From the IMG/VR virus record IMGVR_UViG_3300030328_003813, positions 1 to 43,090 of that record: a stretch of 43,090 nt of DNA. One strand, written 5' to 3'. A model generated the notes under the pieces. It had not been told where the DNA came from. It saw only the letters and a program-made list of their open reading frames with translations, and searched no databases. Positions 42,894-43,090 of the stretch are shown one piece after another. How positions within the stretch are numbered: position 1 is the stretch's first letter; every line of letters starts with the position of its first letter. This DNA comes from a virus (Duplodnaviria; Caudoviricetes). The position numbers and the translations under genes were made by a program.

Positions 42894-43090
42894 TTGCTAC
42901 TGCTTTCTGCTTGTATTTTAGCCGCCTGGTGTCGATCGAAATGATACCTGGCTTCACCTGGATCATCGGCCTGGCACATGAACCACCCGAGTCGCATATC
43001 GTTGGACAGAGCTGTGACAGCTCCCAGTCGCACGGTCTCGGCTTGCCTCACAATGCTTCGCTTTCGGTTGAGCCACAGGCTAAAAGCCAA
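42890..43090 (-). CDS. C-terminal part of the frameshifted tail chaperone (gpGT-like); frame continues from 174-100 across the junction
   Basis: The track's start TTG at 43090 is simply the contig end (= position 99). The frame is open upstream to the slippery site, giving a fusion of about 203 aa. Confidence 0.7.
   Translation of the reverse strand: MAFSLWLNRKRSIVRQAETVRLGAVTALSNDMRLGWFMCQADDPGEARYHFDRHQAAKIQAESSSK
42992..43090. repeat. Terminal direct repeat, copy 2
   Basis: Identical to 1-99. Confidence 0.95.

Noticed and set aside
123-42944. Numerous plus-strand ORFs of 60-244 aa in the track
   Set aside because: Nearly all are antisense shadows of well-supported minus-strand genes and have no recognisable motifs; only 13326-13670 occupies free space and looks like a real protein.

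Overview
This window looks like a complete, circularly assembled tailed-phage (Caudoviricetes) genome of about 42,991 bp: bases 1-99 are repeated exactly at 42992-43090. Almost every credible gene is on the minus strand. Reading in the direction of transcription there is (i) an early region (13037 to 6185) with small genes sharing a conserved leader, a DUF6884 protein, a structured tRNA-like intergenic element, a YqaJ exonuclease plus probable annealing protein, a DUF1376-type replication initiator with iterons, a DUF6475 protein and a RusA-like resolvase; (ii) a membrane/lysis-like block with a CAP-like protein and a papain-family protease but no recognisable endolysin; (iii) fibre/adhesin genes, a frameshifted tail chaperone that crosses the circle junction, a very short tape-measure-like gene and tail-tip genes; (iv) terminase, a Mu-like (DUF935) portal, Mu-like protease/scaffold, cement, major capsid protein, DUF1320 adaptor and a probable tail tube. 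The most striking part is about 11 kb between portal and protease. It encodes polyvalent cargo-like proteins with a kinase-like domain, three ADP-ribosyltransferase-fold domains, an HsdS-like domain and an HExxH metallopeptidase. The 2038-aa effector ORF appears to be reached by a -1 frameshift at A_AAA_AAG from the upstream 669-aa ORF. The domains are punctuated by a recurring [D/E/Q]-x-[Y/F]-small motif that also occurs in the scaffold and portal (candidate maturation-protease sites), and by several QLxLF clamp-binding-like motifs. I recognised no integrase, repressor, polymerase or methyltransferase. A Planctomycetota host is my inference only. All family assignments come from motif recognition by eye, not database searches.
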